A stretch of 50,828 bases of DNA from Candidatus Zixiibacteriota bacterium (GCA_030591625.1 JAUVAR010000001.1:1-50828); one strand, 5' to 3'. Shown: positions 17,658-27,960, numbered from the stretch's first letter. A program made the numbers and translations. Notes: generated from the sequence alone by a model not told the origin.

Positions 17658-19175
17658 TTATCTGTAGAAAATAATCTCAACCCGGCGGTTTTTCGCTCGT
17701 CCGGCAGCAGTCTGATTGGAGGCGGTAAAATTCGTCTCACCTCGTCCAAATACTTTAATACGTTCAGTTGCCACACTCTGAGTTACCAAGTAATCTCGAA
17801 CACGATTAGCTCTTTTCTCAGAAAGCCTGCGATTCGCCACGGTGGTTCCGATATTGTCTGTATATGCATTTATTTCAATATTAATATCTGTAACAAAATT
17901 CAATAACCCGGCCAGTCGTTTTAATCTCCCTTTACTATTCGGGTCGATTTCAAACGATCCTGAAACATAATCGATATTCAAAACCATTGGCTTTGAAAAC
18001 ATTGTCAGATCAAGACAGCCATTGGGATCAACGGCCACTTCAGGAAGAGTACCGGGACAATCATCAAGCCCATCAGGAACACCATCATTGTCCTCGTCGG
18101 TCGGACAACCTCTGGCATCAACTAATGCGCCAACACGATTGTTGGGACAGGCATCAAGATAATCAGCAAGGCCATCGAAATCAGAATCTACTGCACATCC
18201 TTTGATATCAACCGTCGTGGTTGCTGCCGCCGGTGTACGCGGGCAGTCATCAAGCCCATTGGGGACACCATCACGATCAGAATCACGAGGGCAACCGGCA
18301 ATATCAACGACTACACCATACGGTGTATTGATACAATTGTCCCTGCTGTCAGGTACTCCGTCATTGTCACTATCATTTCCGGGATCAGTTCTGAATACTC
18401 GTGGCTTATCATCTTTTACGTCAGACATTCGGGACGGGAATCTCGCTCGTGCTCCAAAATTGAAATGCACCAAGGCAGAAAAACCAATCATTATTTTAGC
18501 ACGCTTATCACTCAGATCAATTTCAAACTCAGCTCCGGCCGAAGTCAAATAATTGGCTGTGCTTTCTAATGAAAATGTAAATCGAGATGATGGCTTCAAG
18601 TGCAAACCTACCATTGCCGAGAGCATAAGTTCGGTAGCTGCGAAGTCAGTAAATTCGTTGTTGGGACCACGCACTACATAGGTTGTATTTGTTTCTGGGT
18701 TTAATCCCCGCCAGATTAAAATCCCACCACCAAAACCGAGAGAAAAATTCAATCTTCGATCAGGACCTAATAGCAAGCGCTGCAGTTTTATTCCTAAGAG
18801 AGTCGCATTAATATCTAACGGTGAATTATTGTATAGTTGCCCAACAGAATCTGTTAGAGCTGTACCTATATTATTTGAAAACGTATAGCTTTGATAATTA
18901 ATACCAAATTGCCATCGGTTCGTTAAGTTGTGCGCGAGCCCAAATGTTAAACTCTTTTCTTTTTCAAAGCTGAAGAAATTTCCACCCGAAAGTGCAGCTT
19001 GAGACATGCCACTACTTATAGTGTACTTATAATCAATAGCATGAACAGGCATGCAAAGAAAGGTGACCGTAAATAGTACAATCACTAAGCTTCTTCTGAA
19101 CGAACTCACTGTCTTAATTCCCCTGCACTGATTTGATTCATAACTTTCATTCTTAGTAAAGCTTCTTAAGATCAA
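17658..19175 (-). CDS. OmpA-family outer-membrane protein with thrombospondin type-3 (TSP3) Ca-binding repeats
   Basis: Signal peptide and a beta-barrel-like N-terminal half. Four DxDxDGVPDxxDxCP repeats. C-terminal OmpA_C region (..NAYTDNIGT..N..LSEKRA..V..YL..GRAKNRRVEI). The tracked start is a TTG that overlaps the upstream gene by 23 nt, so the start is uncertain. Confidence 0.85.
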   Translation of the reverse strand: MILRSFTKNESYESNQCRGIKTVSSFRRSLVIVLFTVTFLCMPVHAIDYKYTISSGMSQAALSGGNFFSFEKEKSLTFGLAHNLTNRWQFGINYQSYTFSNNIGTALTDSVGQLYNNSPLDINATLLGIKLQRLLLGPDRRLNFSLGFGGGILIWRGLNPETNTTYVVRGPNNEFTDFAATELMLSAMVGLHLKPSSRFTFSLESTANYLTSAGAEFEIDLSDKRAKIMIGFSALVHFNFGARARFPSRMSDVKDDKPRVFRTDPGNDSDNDGVPDSRDNCINTPYGVVVDIAGCPRDSDRDGVPNGLDDCPRTPAAATTTVDIKGCAVDSDFDGLADYLDACPNNRVGALVDARGCPTDEDNDGVPDGLDDCPGTLPEVAVDPNGCLDLTMFSKPMVLNIDYVSGSFEIDPNSKGRLKRLAGLLNFVTDINIEINAYTDNIGTTVANRRLSEKRANRVRDYLVTQSVATERIKVFGRGETNFTASNQTAAGRAKNRRVEIIFYR

Positions 19176-20400
19176 CGTTAGTATAGTAGTGTTTCAGAAT
19201 TTTATCGTATGTCCATCCTTTGCGTGACTGCCCAATAGCCCCGCATTGACACATCCCAACACCATGCCCATATCCACTACCTTTGAATTCTATTCTCTGA
19301 ATATTTCCGGCTGGATCGCGGTCCAACAAAACCTTGAATCTATCGGAAGGAAGGATAAGATCAGGATTAGAAGTTCTTCCAATCACCCAGCGAATTCGAT
19401 CTTTGGCAAAACGATAGGTGTCTGTTTTGGTAACAAGATTCATTCGAGCAACTCGTCCTCCGGCAGTACGCTGCATTATTGCAATATCTTGTATAGGTCC
19501 GATTGTAATCTGACGACCCCGATCACTTGAAAGATATTGCTCAATCCGACCACGCAGTTGCTTTTCCGTAAAAACTTCGCGCCACGAATAATATTTTGAC
19601 CATGAACAGGCGGTGCCATCTTCTACAGATTTTAGATACGGTATATCTTTCTTGTCCCACACATCGGCAATATTGTCGGTAGTGCCACCACAGGTAGAAT
19701 GATAATATGCTGAAATAAAACTATCTTGATATGTCAGTACCCGTCCGGCTGTTTTTGCAATAGCATCATTTACCAATTTGTTCTCAACATCAACACCTTC
19801 ATAGACCTGATCGTATATCGATGATTTCATATCATAAGGTTGACCGACATATTGTTTCAAGTGAGCCATAGCGTAGGTACGAGCGGCAACGGCTTGCGCT
19901 TTCACTGCTTCAATTTCATTTTCTTTTCGCGGACCTATCTCCGGAGGCACAACACCCTTAAGATAATCTTCCATATAGACAACATTGATTGCTCGCACAG
20001 TTGCCCCATCCGGTACAATCTTTACAATACCACGATAACGTTTTTTGTTGAGACGAATTCGATTGGAATTACCACGCGGAATTATATTTACTTCATCCAG
20101 TCCGGATTCAATTTCATTGCCGGTAATATCACGCACTATTAATTTACGATTCATTGAAGAAACACCAACAGGTTGCGATGAATAATATACCGACTGTTTC
20201 TTTCCAACGAGACATTCAATAGCAAAAGAACCATCCGCTTGAAGCTCGATCTTGTCAGAATTTTCCGCCACCAACACACGTACAAACGGCACTCTGATAT
20301 AAGTAGAAGAAGATTCTTCTCTAAGCCCTGGAATTGATGCACAACCCCATGCAACAACCAACACTCCCAGACCTATACCAATTCGGACAGATAGTTTCAT
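19153..20400 (-). CDS. SpoIID/LytB domain protein (lytic transglycosylase / amidase-enhancer family), probable lipoprotein
   Basis: ATG at 20400 gives MKLSVRIGIGLGVLVVAWGC, which contains a lipobox. SpoIID signature ..AQAVAARTYA.. and ..YHSTCGGTT... Confidence 0.8.
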   Translation of the reverse strand: MKLSVRIGIGLGVLVVAWGCASIPGLREESSSTYIRVPFVRVLVAENSDKIELQADGSFAIECLVGKKQSVYYSSQPVGVSSMNRKLIVRDITGNEIESGLDEVNIIPRGNSNRIRLNKKRYRGIVKIVPDGATVRAINVVYMEDYLKGVVPPEIGPRKENEIEAVKAQAVAARTYAMAHLKQYVGQPYDMKSSIYDQVYEGVDVENKLVNDAIAKTAGRVLTYQDSFISAYYHSTCGGTTDNIADVWDKKDIPYLKSVEDGTACSWSKYYSWREVFTEKQLRGRIEQYLSSDRGRQITIGPIQDIAIMQRTAGGRVARMNLVTKTDTYRFAKDRIRWVIGRTSNPDLILPSDRFKVLLDRDPAGNIQRIEFKGSGYGHGVGMCQCGAIGQSRKGWTYDKILKHYYTNVDLKKLY

Positions 20401-20446
20401 TATACTTTTTAACTTTCTCAACGGACTTCTGCTTTCATATACATTA

Positions 20447-21643
20447 TCACACAATCTGTGGTGGTTGTATAATCCTTCCGGACACCGGCAACCAACGGCT
20501 CAAGCTCTTTCCGGCAACAGTCTTTCGTTTTTCTGAACGCAACGCACTGTAACCAAGCAGAGCATAGGAGGCTGCCTCAATCAGATCAGGATTAAGACCT
20601 AACTGTGCAACCGACAATACTTCAACAGACGGCATACATTCTTGCAGACGCCGACATAGGAACTTGTTATGAACTCCGCCTCCAGTCAAATACAATTTTG
20701 TAAGAGATTGGTCCTTCTTGAGAATAGGTTCAATCGCCCGACAGACTGCATAGACAGTTAATTCTGTTGCGGTCGCAAGTAAATCATTATCGCTCAATTT
20801 AAGTTTTTTCCCGAGCGATATAATTTTCTGTACTGTTTGTACTCCGAACTGTTCACGTCCTGTAGAGTGAGAGTTACCTGCAAAGTATGGCAACCCGCGT
20901 AGCAGAGTCATTAATCTTTGAGAAATGTTACCATTGCTGGCATTACGACCAAAGCGGTCAAATTTTTCATTAAACAATTTATTAGAGAGTATATCTAAAA
21001 GCACATTACCGGGGCCACAGTCGGCAGCTTTCACGATCGGTTTTTTATTTGATCCACTAAAATAGAAATAATTCGACATCCCGCCAATATTAAGCAATAG
21101 TTCCGATTTTCCTGTTTGCGGAATCAATCGCCTGAGAGCATCAACTGTTACCGGAGCCCCTTCACCACCAAGTGCAATTTCGGCTTGTCTGAAGTCAGCC
21201 ACTGTCACTTTTCCTGTGATAGTAGCTATTTGCTCAGGTGATCCGATCTGAAGTGAGCCTCTTGCATTGATACCGCCCGCTCTGCCAAATTCTGTCAGAT
21301 GTCTGACTGTTTGACCATGGGATGCGATAGCATCAATTTTAATACTTCCAGATTCTATTTTGTTGATAAAAGATTTGGCAGCACGTCCGGTAAAAATACC
21401 GAGTGCGTTGTCAAGCCGCACCAAATGATCAAGATTCACTGTTTTGGAATCGGCGATATTAAGAATGTCGGTTCGTAATTTTTCTGGATATTTTTTCGTT
21501 GAGCCACCCAGCCACTTGATAGATGTCCTGTTTCCTGAACCTGACAACTGCAGCAGAGCGAGATCGAGACCATCAGCGGATGTCCCTGAGTTGAGCCCCA
21601 GAATAACGAGCTTCTTTTTCACTGACATCCTTGTTAGCTTCAT
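20447..21643 (-). CDS. anmK: Anhydro-N-acetylmuramic acid kinase
   Basis: 398 aa. ..ILGLNSGTSADGLDLAL.. N-terminus, ..NIGGMSN.. and ..LTGGGVHN.. motifs of the AnmK/ASKHA fold. Confidence 0.9.
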   Translation of the reverse strand: MKLTRMSVKKKLVILGLNSGTSADGLDLALLQLSGSGNRTSIKWLGGSTKKYPEKLRTDILNIADSKTVNLDHLVRLDNALGIFTGRAAKSFINKIESGSIKIDAIASHGQTVRHLTEFGRAGGINARGSLQIGSPEQIATITGKVTVADFRQAEIALGGEGAPVTVDALRRLIPQTGKSELLLNIGGMSNYFYFSGSNKKPIVKAADCGPGNVLLDILSNKLFNEKFDRFGRNASNGNISQRLMTLLRGLPYFAGNSHSTGREQFGVQTVQKIISLGKKLKLSDNDLLATATELTVYAVCRAIEPILKKDQSLTKLYLTGGGVHNKFLCRRLQECMPSVEVLSVAQLGLNPDLIEAASYALLGYSALRSEKRKTVAGKSLSRWLPVSGRIIQPPQIV

Positions 21644-21644
21644 A

Positions 21645-22652
21645 TTATCTGACCATAGATCGTCCGAGTCGGTATTTTAAGCCTGCAATACGGTTGATCG
21701 ATTCGTGTAACCGTTCGAGAGGTAGCTCACCTCTACTACAAGCATCAACAAAATAATCATACGCCTGCATAGCAGCTTCTGTGTCTGATCCGAACAATAG
21801 AATATCGTGTCCTGCGTTGAATGCCGCAACAGCTCTTTATCCGTATGACCCAATAATCTCAGCTCCACCCATGCAAAGATCATCAGTAATAATTGGTCCG
21901 TCGAACTGAAGTTCATTTCGGGCAAGATCGGATATGATTTTTTCTGAGACTGTGACCATTTTGTCATCAATACTCGGTATAGTCATATGGGTAGTCATGA
22001 TCATATCGGCACCTGCTCGCACACCAGCCTCAAACGGGATTTTTTCACGTTGTTCCCAAATAATGTTATCGTAATCAGCTGTCGAGGTTTCGTTGTGGGG
22101 ATCGATATTAGACGCACCAAGGCCAGGGAAATGCTTAAGGCAGCTCATAAGACCGCTTTCACGTGCAACCTCAACCGAAGCCCGTACAAAATCTGCCACC
22201 TTTGATGGATTGTCCCCAAAGGAACGCTCTTTGAGCCAATCGTTCTGCTCATTAAGCATCAGATCAGCCACAGGGGCGAAATTTAGATTTATACCTAGCG
22301 ATTCGAGGTAAACTGCTGAGCGAGAATAAATCTCTTTAAAGAGGCTGACATCATCATCTGATGCAAATGATGACGCTGGCCTGAATTCAGCTGGTGCACC
22401 TCGCAGACGACATACCCGACCACCCTCTTGATCAACTGCGATAAAGGGAGGTGTGTCCGGCAGATATGATTTGACTTGCTCTATGTTCTCTCGAACCTGA
22501 GCATGAGTCGGGCAATTCTCTTCAAAAAGGATTAACCCGCCAATTCGTTCTTCCCTGAAAAAATCAAGGAGAGGTTCTGGCGGAGTTGCTCCTTTGAAAC
22601 CAATCACGAAGAGTTGGCCGATACTGTTAATTAGTTCCTTTGGAACTGTCAT
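21645..22652 (-). pseudogene. nagZ: Beta-N-acetylhexosaminidase NagZ (GH3) interrupted by one in-frame TAA
   Basis: The 271-aa ORF (KHFPGLG and ITDDLCMGG motifs) stops at a TAA at 21837-21839. The same frame continues for 63 codons (RAVAAFNAGHDILLFGSDTEAAMQAYDYF..INRIAGLKYRL..). That matches the conserved NagZ C-terminus and ends at TAA 21645-21647, one nt before the anmK ATG. Confidence 0.8.
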
Positions 22653-22703
22653 TGAGGACCTGCGTCCTTTCTGTGCTCTATATCAATTATATTACTCATC
22701 TTA

Positions 22704-24263
22704 TTAAACCGAACAAACAAGATTCTTGCCTGATCCTTTCGCTCTGTATAGGGCCTGATCTGCAGATGATACAAGATCTTCTGCTGATCGTCGGTTTTCA
22801 GGGTATGAACTAACCCCGACCGATATTGTAATTCTCAGTTTTCCAGCATTATCTGTATTTATAACGTTTGATTCTACTTTTTCTCTCATACGCTCAGCCA
22901 GCACCTCTGCTTCAGCCTGTGGAGTCTGGGGAAGTATAATAACAAACTCCTCACCACCATACCGAGAGAAAACATCAACATCCCGAATACAGCTTCGAAT
23001 AACTTTAGCCAGATCTGTCAGAACTATATTTCCCACCTCATGACCATACGTGTCGTTCAGTTTCTTGAACCAGTCGATATCGACCATGATTATTGAGAGT
23101 GGCAGTTTATATCTTATAGCACGCTTCTTTTCTTCCTGAAGCTTGCGCACGAAATAACGATAGTTGAATGCACGTGTAAGATCATCAATTATAGACATCT
23201 CCTCGGTACGCTTGTGAAGCTCGGCATTCTCTAAAGCCAAACCGGCAGACCGCGCGACAATTGATAGCATCTGTTCATCTTTGTCAGAAAAAACATCTTT
23301 CTTTTTCGATTCAGCCAAAAGCAGACCATGCGTGTGGCCATGTGATGACATCGGGGCTAATATTACGGCAGATGTATCCAGATGCAATGGTTCATAGTCT
23401 TCTCGGTCAGCGACATTTTTAACTCGGACGAGTTCTTCCATGTCAGCAACTTTTCGTACAAGACCATCCTTACCAGCTTGAATAGCTTTCAAATGAAAAT
23501 TAACACGGCTGTCAATTGATCTCGCTCGATAATAATACTCACCCCTGTCATTTCTGAATATAATTGCAAACTGTTCAAACTGAAGGGTTCTATCTAAAAT
23601 ACGCATTATCTCTTTTACGACACCCTCCGGTTCAAGGAGAGACGCAAGGATACGTGTATTTTCGTAAATCATTTCTATCTGAACTTGAGATTTTTCAAGT
23701 TCGGATGTTCGCATATTGAGAGTATCAAAAAGCTTCAATAATCTTTGTTCTGAACGGCGCATATAATCCGAAACGTATGAAATAGTCAGATAACAAACCC
23801 ACAAAAATCCCAAACGCATCGATATATCAAATAGATTCACAAAAGACATATGCGAGTAGAGAGTTGCAACATAAGCGATAGAAACTATAAAAGTAACCGC
23901 CGTAGCAAACCAACGAGTGACAACATAAGCAGCTACAGCAATCGTCAGAAAAAAGAGCAGGTAAAACGAGGATTGAACAAATCCTGTATGAGCTATGTAA
24001 AAAGGAATAAAGACAATATCGAATATAATGCTTGAGAGGTAGGCAAGTTTGATATCGAATTTATCACGGATTGCTAATCCAAATAGCAATAGATGAAGTG
24101 TGTAGATACCAATTATTGAATAAAGAAATAGCTGACCTGACGCCTCTGGTTCAATTACAAGAAAGAACCAGACAATTCCCGCCAGAGTCATACACCGCGT
24201 GAGGAAATAAATAAAGTCGATCCGCGGAAGCAGAGTCCTATTGCGATCCAGAAATAATTTCAT
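22704..24263 (-). CDS. Membrane-bound GAF-GGDEF diguanylate cyclase
   Basis: About 6 N-terminal TM helices, then a GAF-like region, then a GGDEF domain with active-site GGEEF. An RxxD I-site (RDVD) lies 5 residues upstream of it. Confidence 0.9.
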   Translation of the reverse strand: MKLFLDRNRTLLPRIDFIYFLTRCMTLAGIVWFFLVIEPEASGQLFLYSIIGIYTLHLLLFGLAIRDKFDIKLAYLSSIIFDIVFIPFYIAHTGFVQSSFYLLFFLTIAVAAYVVTRWFATAVTFIVSIAYVATLYSHMSFVNLFDISMRLGFLWVCYLTISYVSDYMRRSEQRLLKLFDTLNMRTSELEKSQVQIEMIYENTRILASLLEPEGVVKEIMRILDRTLQFEQFAIIFRNDRGEYYYRARSIDSRVNFHLKAIQAGKDGLVRKVADMEELVRVKNVADREDYEPLHLDTSAVILAPMSSHGHTHGLLLAESKKKDVFSDKDEQMLSIVARSAGLALENAELHKRTEEMSIIDDLTRAFNYRYFVRKLQEEKKRAIRYKLPLSIIMVDIDWFKKLNDTYGHEVGNIVLTDLAKVIRSCIRDVDVFSRYGGEEFVIILPQTPQAEAEVLAERMREKVESNVINTDNAGKLRITISVGVSSYPENRRSAEDLVSSADQALYRAKGSGKNLVCSV

Positions 24264-24590
24264 AGTATTTACCGTATATCATTGATAATATCGGCAAAAC
24301 ATTTGGTTTATTTATTTTCTGGTAACAATTTAGAGCAGATTTTCAAAAGATTACAGATACCTTTTCGAATATCCCTTAATCTTCACATTTTATTATCGAA
24401 GTATAGCAAAAAAAAAGATTCTATATCGATACGATAAAAACTTTTCTTCAAGAATCACCATTCTCATCCAGGCTATAACTTAATGACAACACTATAGTTA
24501 CGATCAAAGCTTGAGTCAGCTCAAAGTGTTTTTTGATTTAATAATTAAATTCCTTTACACATAGATACCAAATGTTCAGAAAATCACAAG

Positions 24591-24622
24591 AAAACCCCGC
24601 CAAAATGTTATATCCAACGGGG
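24591..24622 (-). terminator. Possible weak terminator after the T9SS peptidase gene
   Basis: On the minus strand: a 5-bp ccccg/cgggg stem with a long 18-nt loop, then T4. Weak. Confidence 0.3.
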
Positions 24623-24676
24623 AATATACTAAAAACAATTCAGAGAATTTCTATTAATACATTTGAATAGTTCACT

Positions 24677-27001
24677 TTATTTCAACAGAACCATTTTTTT
24701 CGTTGAGTTGAAATTTCCAGATGATAACCTGTAAAAATATATTCCAGAAGATGCTAGATTGTTGTTATGATTTCGTCCATTCCAGCTGACTTGATGTGTG
24801 CCTGCCAACATGGTTTTATTAACTAAAGTAGCAACGCAGGCTCCTGAAATATTGAAAACATCAATCCTAATATGAGATGCCTCTGGAACATCATAGTAAA
24901 AAGTCGTAGTTGGATTAAATGGGTTAGGGTAATTTTGTCCAAGCGCAAATGTTTGAGGCAATGCTTGTGAAGCTACATCAACATCTGTAACCGGCTCCTT
25001 AAAGTTTGCAGTAACACCTTTCGGTTTGTTCATAGTCAGGATAATCGGATTTAAGGGACTAAAAATTGTGCCAGCCCAAGATTTAAATTCCCATCCAAAG
25101 TTTGGTGTTGCTGTTATCCGTACATTGCTACCTTCAAGATGCCAACTTTCAGATGTAGGATTAACTGTGCCTGATCCAGGAGGACTTACATTAGTTGTAA
25201 GCCGATGTTCTTTATCAAACTTAACAGTATATGTCATACTTTGACTGATCGTTATATGATGGTTCTGTGTCCCACCATCGCTCCAATTGTCGAAGGAATA
25301 TCGACTACCATCTTCAATAACTTGAGGAGAATACACAACAAGGGAATGTTTTGAACCCTGTTCCCACAAATGAGTTCGAGGTAATATGGCAGGGCGTCCA
25401 TCAAGTAAAATTGTTCGACCTGGGGGCATTGATGCGATAGTGACTGAAAATTTAGGTGGTGGGTCAATCTTCTGTTGTGTATAAATTTCTTGAAGTCCTG
25501 TTCTATATGGATAATTAAGCGAGAACCATCGTGACTTTATGTCAGCCATATTATCAGGCTCATAATTTTTCAGAATGTACAATAAAGTGCTGAACTGATT
25601 GGGTACATTATCATCGTTTGCGGGGTCAGCAATATCATACATTGCTGCAGCTACAGCACCTTCAACAATGCCACCATCCAGATCATGATCATCTCTACAA
25701 TCGGCATACATAGCGTCTTCCAAGCTAGTCCGACCAGTAATAAAGATTGCAGCAAACTCAGCAAAGCCTTCTATTAGAGCAAATGCACCATCTGTTTCAT
25801 CGCATAGAGAGTGTGAATCATAATCCCCGCTACCAGATGGAAAATCATCGCCATACATTTTATACATTGTTGCATGAGAAAACTCATGAGTGAGCATTTT
25901 GTCATCCCACGCCCATCCACTTGCAGGAATTTCTATATTATAATATATGATAGAACCTGTAAAGTTAGGCCAGTCACCATGAGGATATTGAATATTGACT
26001 CTTGGAGTTTTGAAATTAGGTGAGGTATTCTTATAGTACTCATAAGCTGTTACCGCATAATCATAAAATGCCCATGGGATACCATCAGTAAAAGCTAAAG
26101 AACCAAAATTCACATTTCCATCAGATACGTTGTTTTTCTTGGAAGTTTCTCCCCAATACGGAGACCTGAGAATATTACCATCTGTAACTTTTGCACATTT
26201 ATCTGTTTCACCAGAACGCCAATATTGACAATGTGCCTTAACGTAAACATCGCGCCCACCTTGTCCCCATCCATCATCGTTGTTTGTTACAAATCGATAA
26301 TATCCATTAGCATCAGTATAAGTTGTTTTAAGTTTTTCATCAGGTCCGGTTTCCCCATCCCATAACTCTACCTGCACATATCGCAATGGTCTGCTATTAC
26401 CATTTTTATCTTTATATTTCCAGTAGCCATAAACAGTAATATTTCCTTCGGGCGACTTTGTATCTTGATCACCAAGTTCATTTATTGATGAATCTTTTTC
26501 CTCTTCAGTTTCTTGTTTGAGTTTTTCGATAATAGCAGCTGTATCGATTACAGCTCCGGATTGTTGAATATCCTCTTTGGGAAAGAGCTTTGCATATTCA
26601 TTGAAGCTAAGTTTTTTGAGTTGATAGCCAACACTAGAGGGTTGAATTTGAAAGGTCCAAAACCTGGATTTTTTTTCAACCCCATCTTCTATAATTGCAA
26701 TTCGAACTCTGATAGTAGCTCGTTGTTCGGATTTTATTTCAAGCGGTAACTTGAGCACTTGTGGGAAGTTATTAATCTTTCTGGAAGAATCCCCAATAAT
26801 TCCAAGCCCGTGCAATTGAACAACCTCAATAACAGCACCATCAATTTGCTCTATTGCACGACCCAGTGAGATTTTGATTGCTAAAGGCTCTTCGAGTTGG
26901 AAGTCCACCTTTTCAAATGGGAATGGCTGAGAGGCCAAAACAATACTTGGGACAGCCAGTAACGCGATAGAATGCACAAGACACATGAGCAATTTACGCA
27001 T
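24677..27001 (-). CDS. T9SS-sorted secreted protein with a peptidase-MA-like zinc-metalloprotease core
   Basis: Signal peptide. A CarboxypepD_reg-like segment (VELWDGE..TYTDANGYYRF). HEFSH ... ALIEGFAEF (HExxH plus EGxAxF, peptidase MA-type). InlB-B-repeat-like beta modules. C-terminal T9SS type-A sorting domain (FALGQNYPNPFNPTTTF..GIYFYRL..KKMVLLK). Confidence 0.75.
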   Translation of the reverse strand: MRKLLMCLVHSIALLAVPSIVLASQPFPFEKVDFQLEEPLAIKISLGRAIEQIDGAVIEVVQLHGLGIIGDSSRKINNFPQVLKLPLEIKSEQRATIRVRIAIIEDGVEKKSRFWTFQIQPSSVGYQLKKLSFNEYAKLFPKEDIQQSGAVIDTAAIIEKLKQETEEEKDSSINELGDQDTKSPEGNITVYGYWKYKDKNGNSRPLRYVQVELWDGETGPDEKLKTTYTDANGYYRFVTNNDDGWGQGGRDVYVKAHCQYWRSGETDKCAKVTDGNILRSPYWGETSKKNNVSDGNVNFGSLAFTDGIPWAFYDYAVTAYEYYKNTSPNFKTPRVNIQYPHGDWPNFTGSIIYYNIEIPASGWAWDDKMLTHEFSHATMYKMYGDDFPSGSGDYDSHSLCDETDGAFALIEGFAEFAAIFITGRTSLEDAMYADCRDDHDLDGGIVEGAVAAAMYDIADPANDDNVPNQFSTLLYILKNYEPDNMADIKSRWFSLNYPYRTGLQEIYTQQKIDPPPKFSVTIASMPPGRTILLDGRPAILPRTHLWEQGSKHSLVVYSPQVIEDGSRYSFDNWSDGGTQNHHITISQSMTYTVKFDKEHRLTTNVSPPGSGTVNPTSESWHLEGSNVRITATPNFGWEFKSWAGTIFSPLNPIILTMNKPKGVTANFKEPVTDVDVASQALPQTFALGQNYPNPFNPTTTFYYDVPEASHIRIDVFNISGACVATLVNKTMLAGTHQVSWNGRNHNNNLASSGIYFYRLSSGNFNSTKKMVLLK

Positions 27002-27262
27002 AACATACTCCGTTTTTTAAAATACTATAGGTTTTGTAATTATAATCTTCCTTGATGGTCAGGCTATAGCAAAACCAAGTTGTCGTGTGTGGAGTTGTCG
27101 ATCAAGAAGTTATTGACCATAAAACAAAGTATAATAGACCTGCTTAGCTTGTCAAGGTAAAATTCATAACAATAATTACCAGGACCACTATTTGTTAATA
27201 TCAAGATTATTTTTAGCCTCTTTTTCGTCCAGGGGTCTTAGCTTATAAACAAGCCTCGTGAA

Positions 27263-27838
27263 TTATGCTTTGTACCGTCCAAACAAAACTGCACCCCCAA
27301 ACATTAACAAAAACAGACCAAACCCAGCCTGAGCATATTCTGACCAAAACGGATGTGGCCTTAGGGTTGATTCCTGGGGGTTATCCGGGTTCACAAATAC
27401 AGTTACCGTATCACCTATGGAATACAAAGATGCTTTGATATTGGCAGTACTCCTCCGTTGATTTCGTCCCCCAAATGAAGGCTGATCAAGATCTGTTACA
27501 CCCTCAAATTCAGACTCTGCGATACTGTACTTATAAGTTACGCGAGGTCGTTTGGCTCGTTCTCCAATAACCTCAGACGCGATTATTTTTCCTGTAACTA
27601 CATCCCATGACCTCATACCAAAAGACTTCTCAAGCTGCATTCCGCCTAATATTGTAAGAACTAAGCCAATAATAGCTGCAATACCGCCTGTAATCCGCCA
27701 TTGGCGACTAAATTGAATTTGGGTTTTTCGTAATATCAAAATAATCGCTACCATGAAAATTATCGAAAAACCAACGAGATATGTAGATATCATATTAATA
27801 TGCTCCATCAATTTACAGATTATTGAAATATGTAGCAT
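27263..27838 (-). CDS. DUF3592-like membrane protein
   Basis: Topology is TM / beta-rich domain / TM, with ..GKIIASEV..RPRVTYKYS..EFEG....VTVFVNPDNP... The start could be Met1, Met11 or Met16 (27838, 27808 or 27793). Confidence 0.6.
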   Translation of the reverse strand: MLHISIICKLMEHINMISTYLVGFSIIFMVAIILILRKTQIQFSRQWRITGGIAAIIGLVLTILGGMQLEKSFGMRSWDVVTGKIIASEVIGERAKRPRVTYKYSIAESEFEGVTDLDQPSFGGRNQRRSTANIKASLYSIGDTVTVFVNPDNPQESTLRPHPFWSEYAQAGFGLFLLMFGGAVLFGRYKA

Positions 27839-27960
27839 AAAGCCCTCAGATTCAATATTTTATCTTGATTTGATTAACGCTTGAGGCAACTGTTCTCAAA
27901 CAGGCTCGTACAGTTAAGAGGCGATAGTTCTGACAACCTATTAAGGCAGCACGATTATAA

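Noticed and set aside
21837-21839. The in-frame TAA in nagZ could be evidence of stop-codon reassignment.
   Set aside because: TAA terminates other well-defined genes here at the expected length (serC at 10036-10038, KamA paralog 1 at 8540-8542, and nagZ itself at 21645-21647). TGA and TAG are also used as stops. No other gene shows internal stops.
21677-21970. A 97-aa ORF from the track could be a separate gene between nagZ and anmK.
   Set aside because: It is in a different frame with low-complexity, non-homologous sequence. The biologically sensible reading is the nagZ frame itself, which continues past the TAA.
24264-24676. A 413-nt ORF-free AT-rich spacer contains small hairpins (for example 24511-24524 followed by a T-run). 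It could encode a small RNA.
   Set aside because: The stems are only about 5 bp and AT-rich, and no promoter-terminator pair is convincing. The spacer is most simply the promoter region of the diguanylate cyclase gene plus the 3' end of the peptidase gene.
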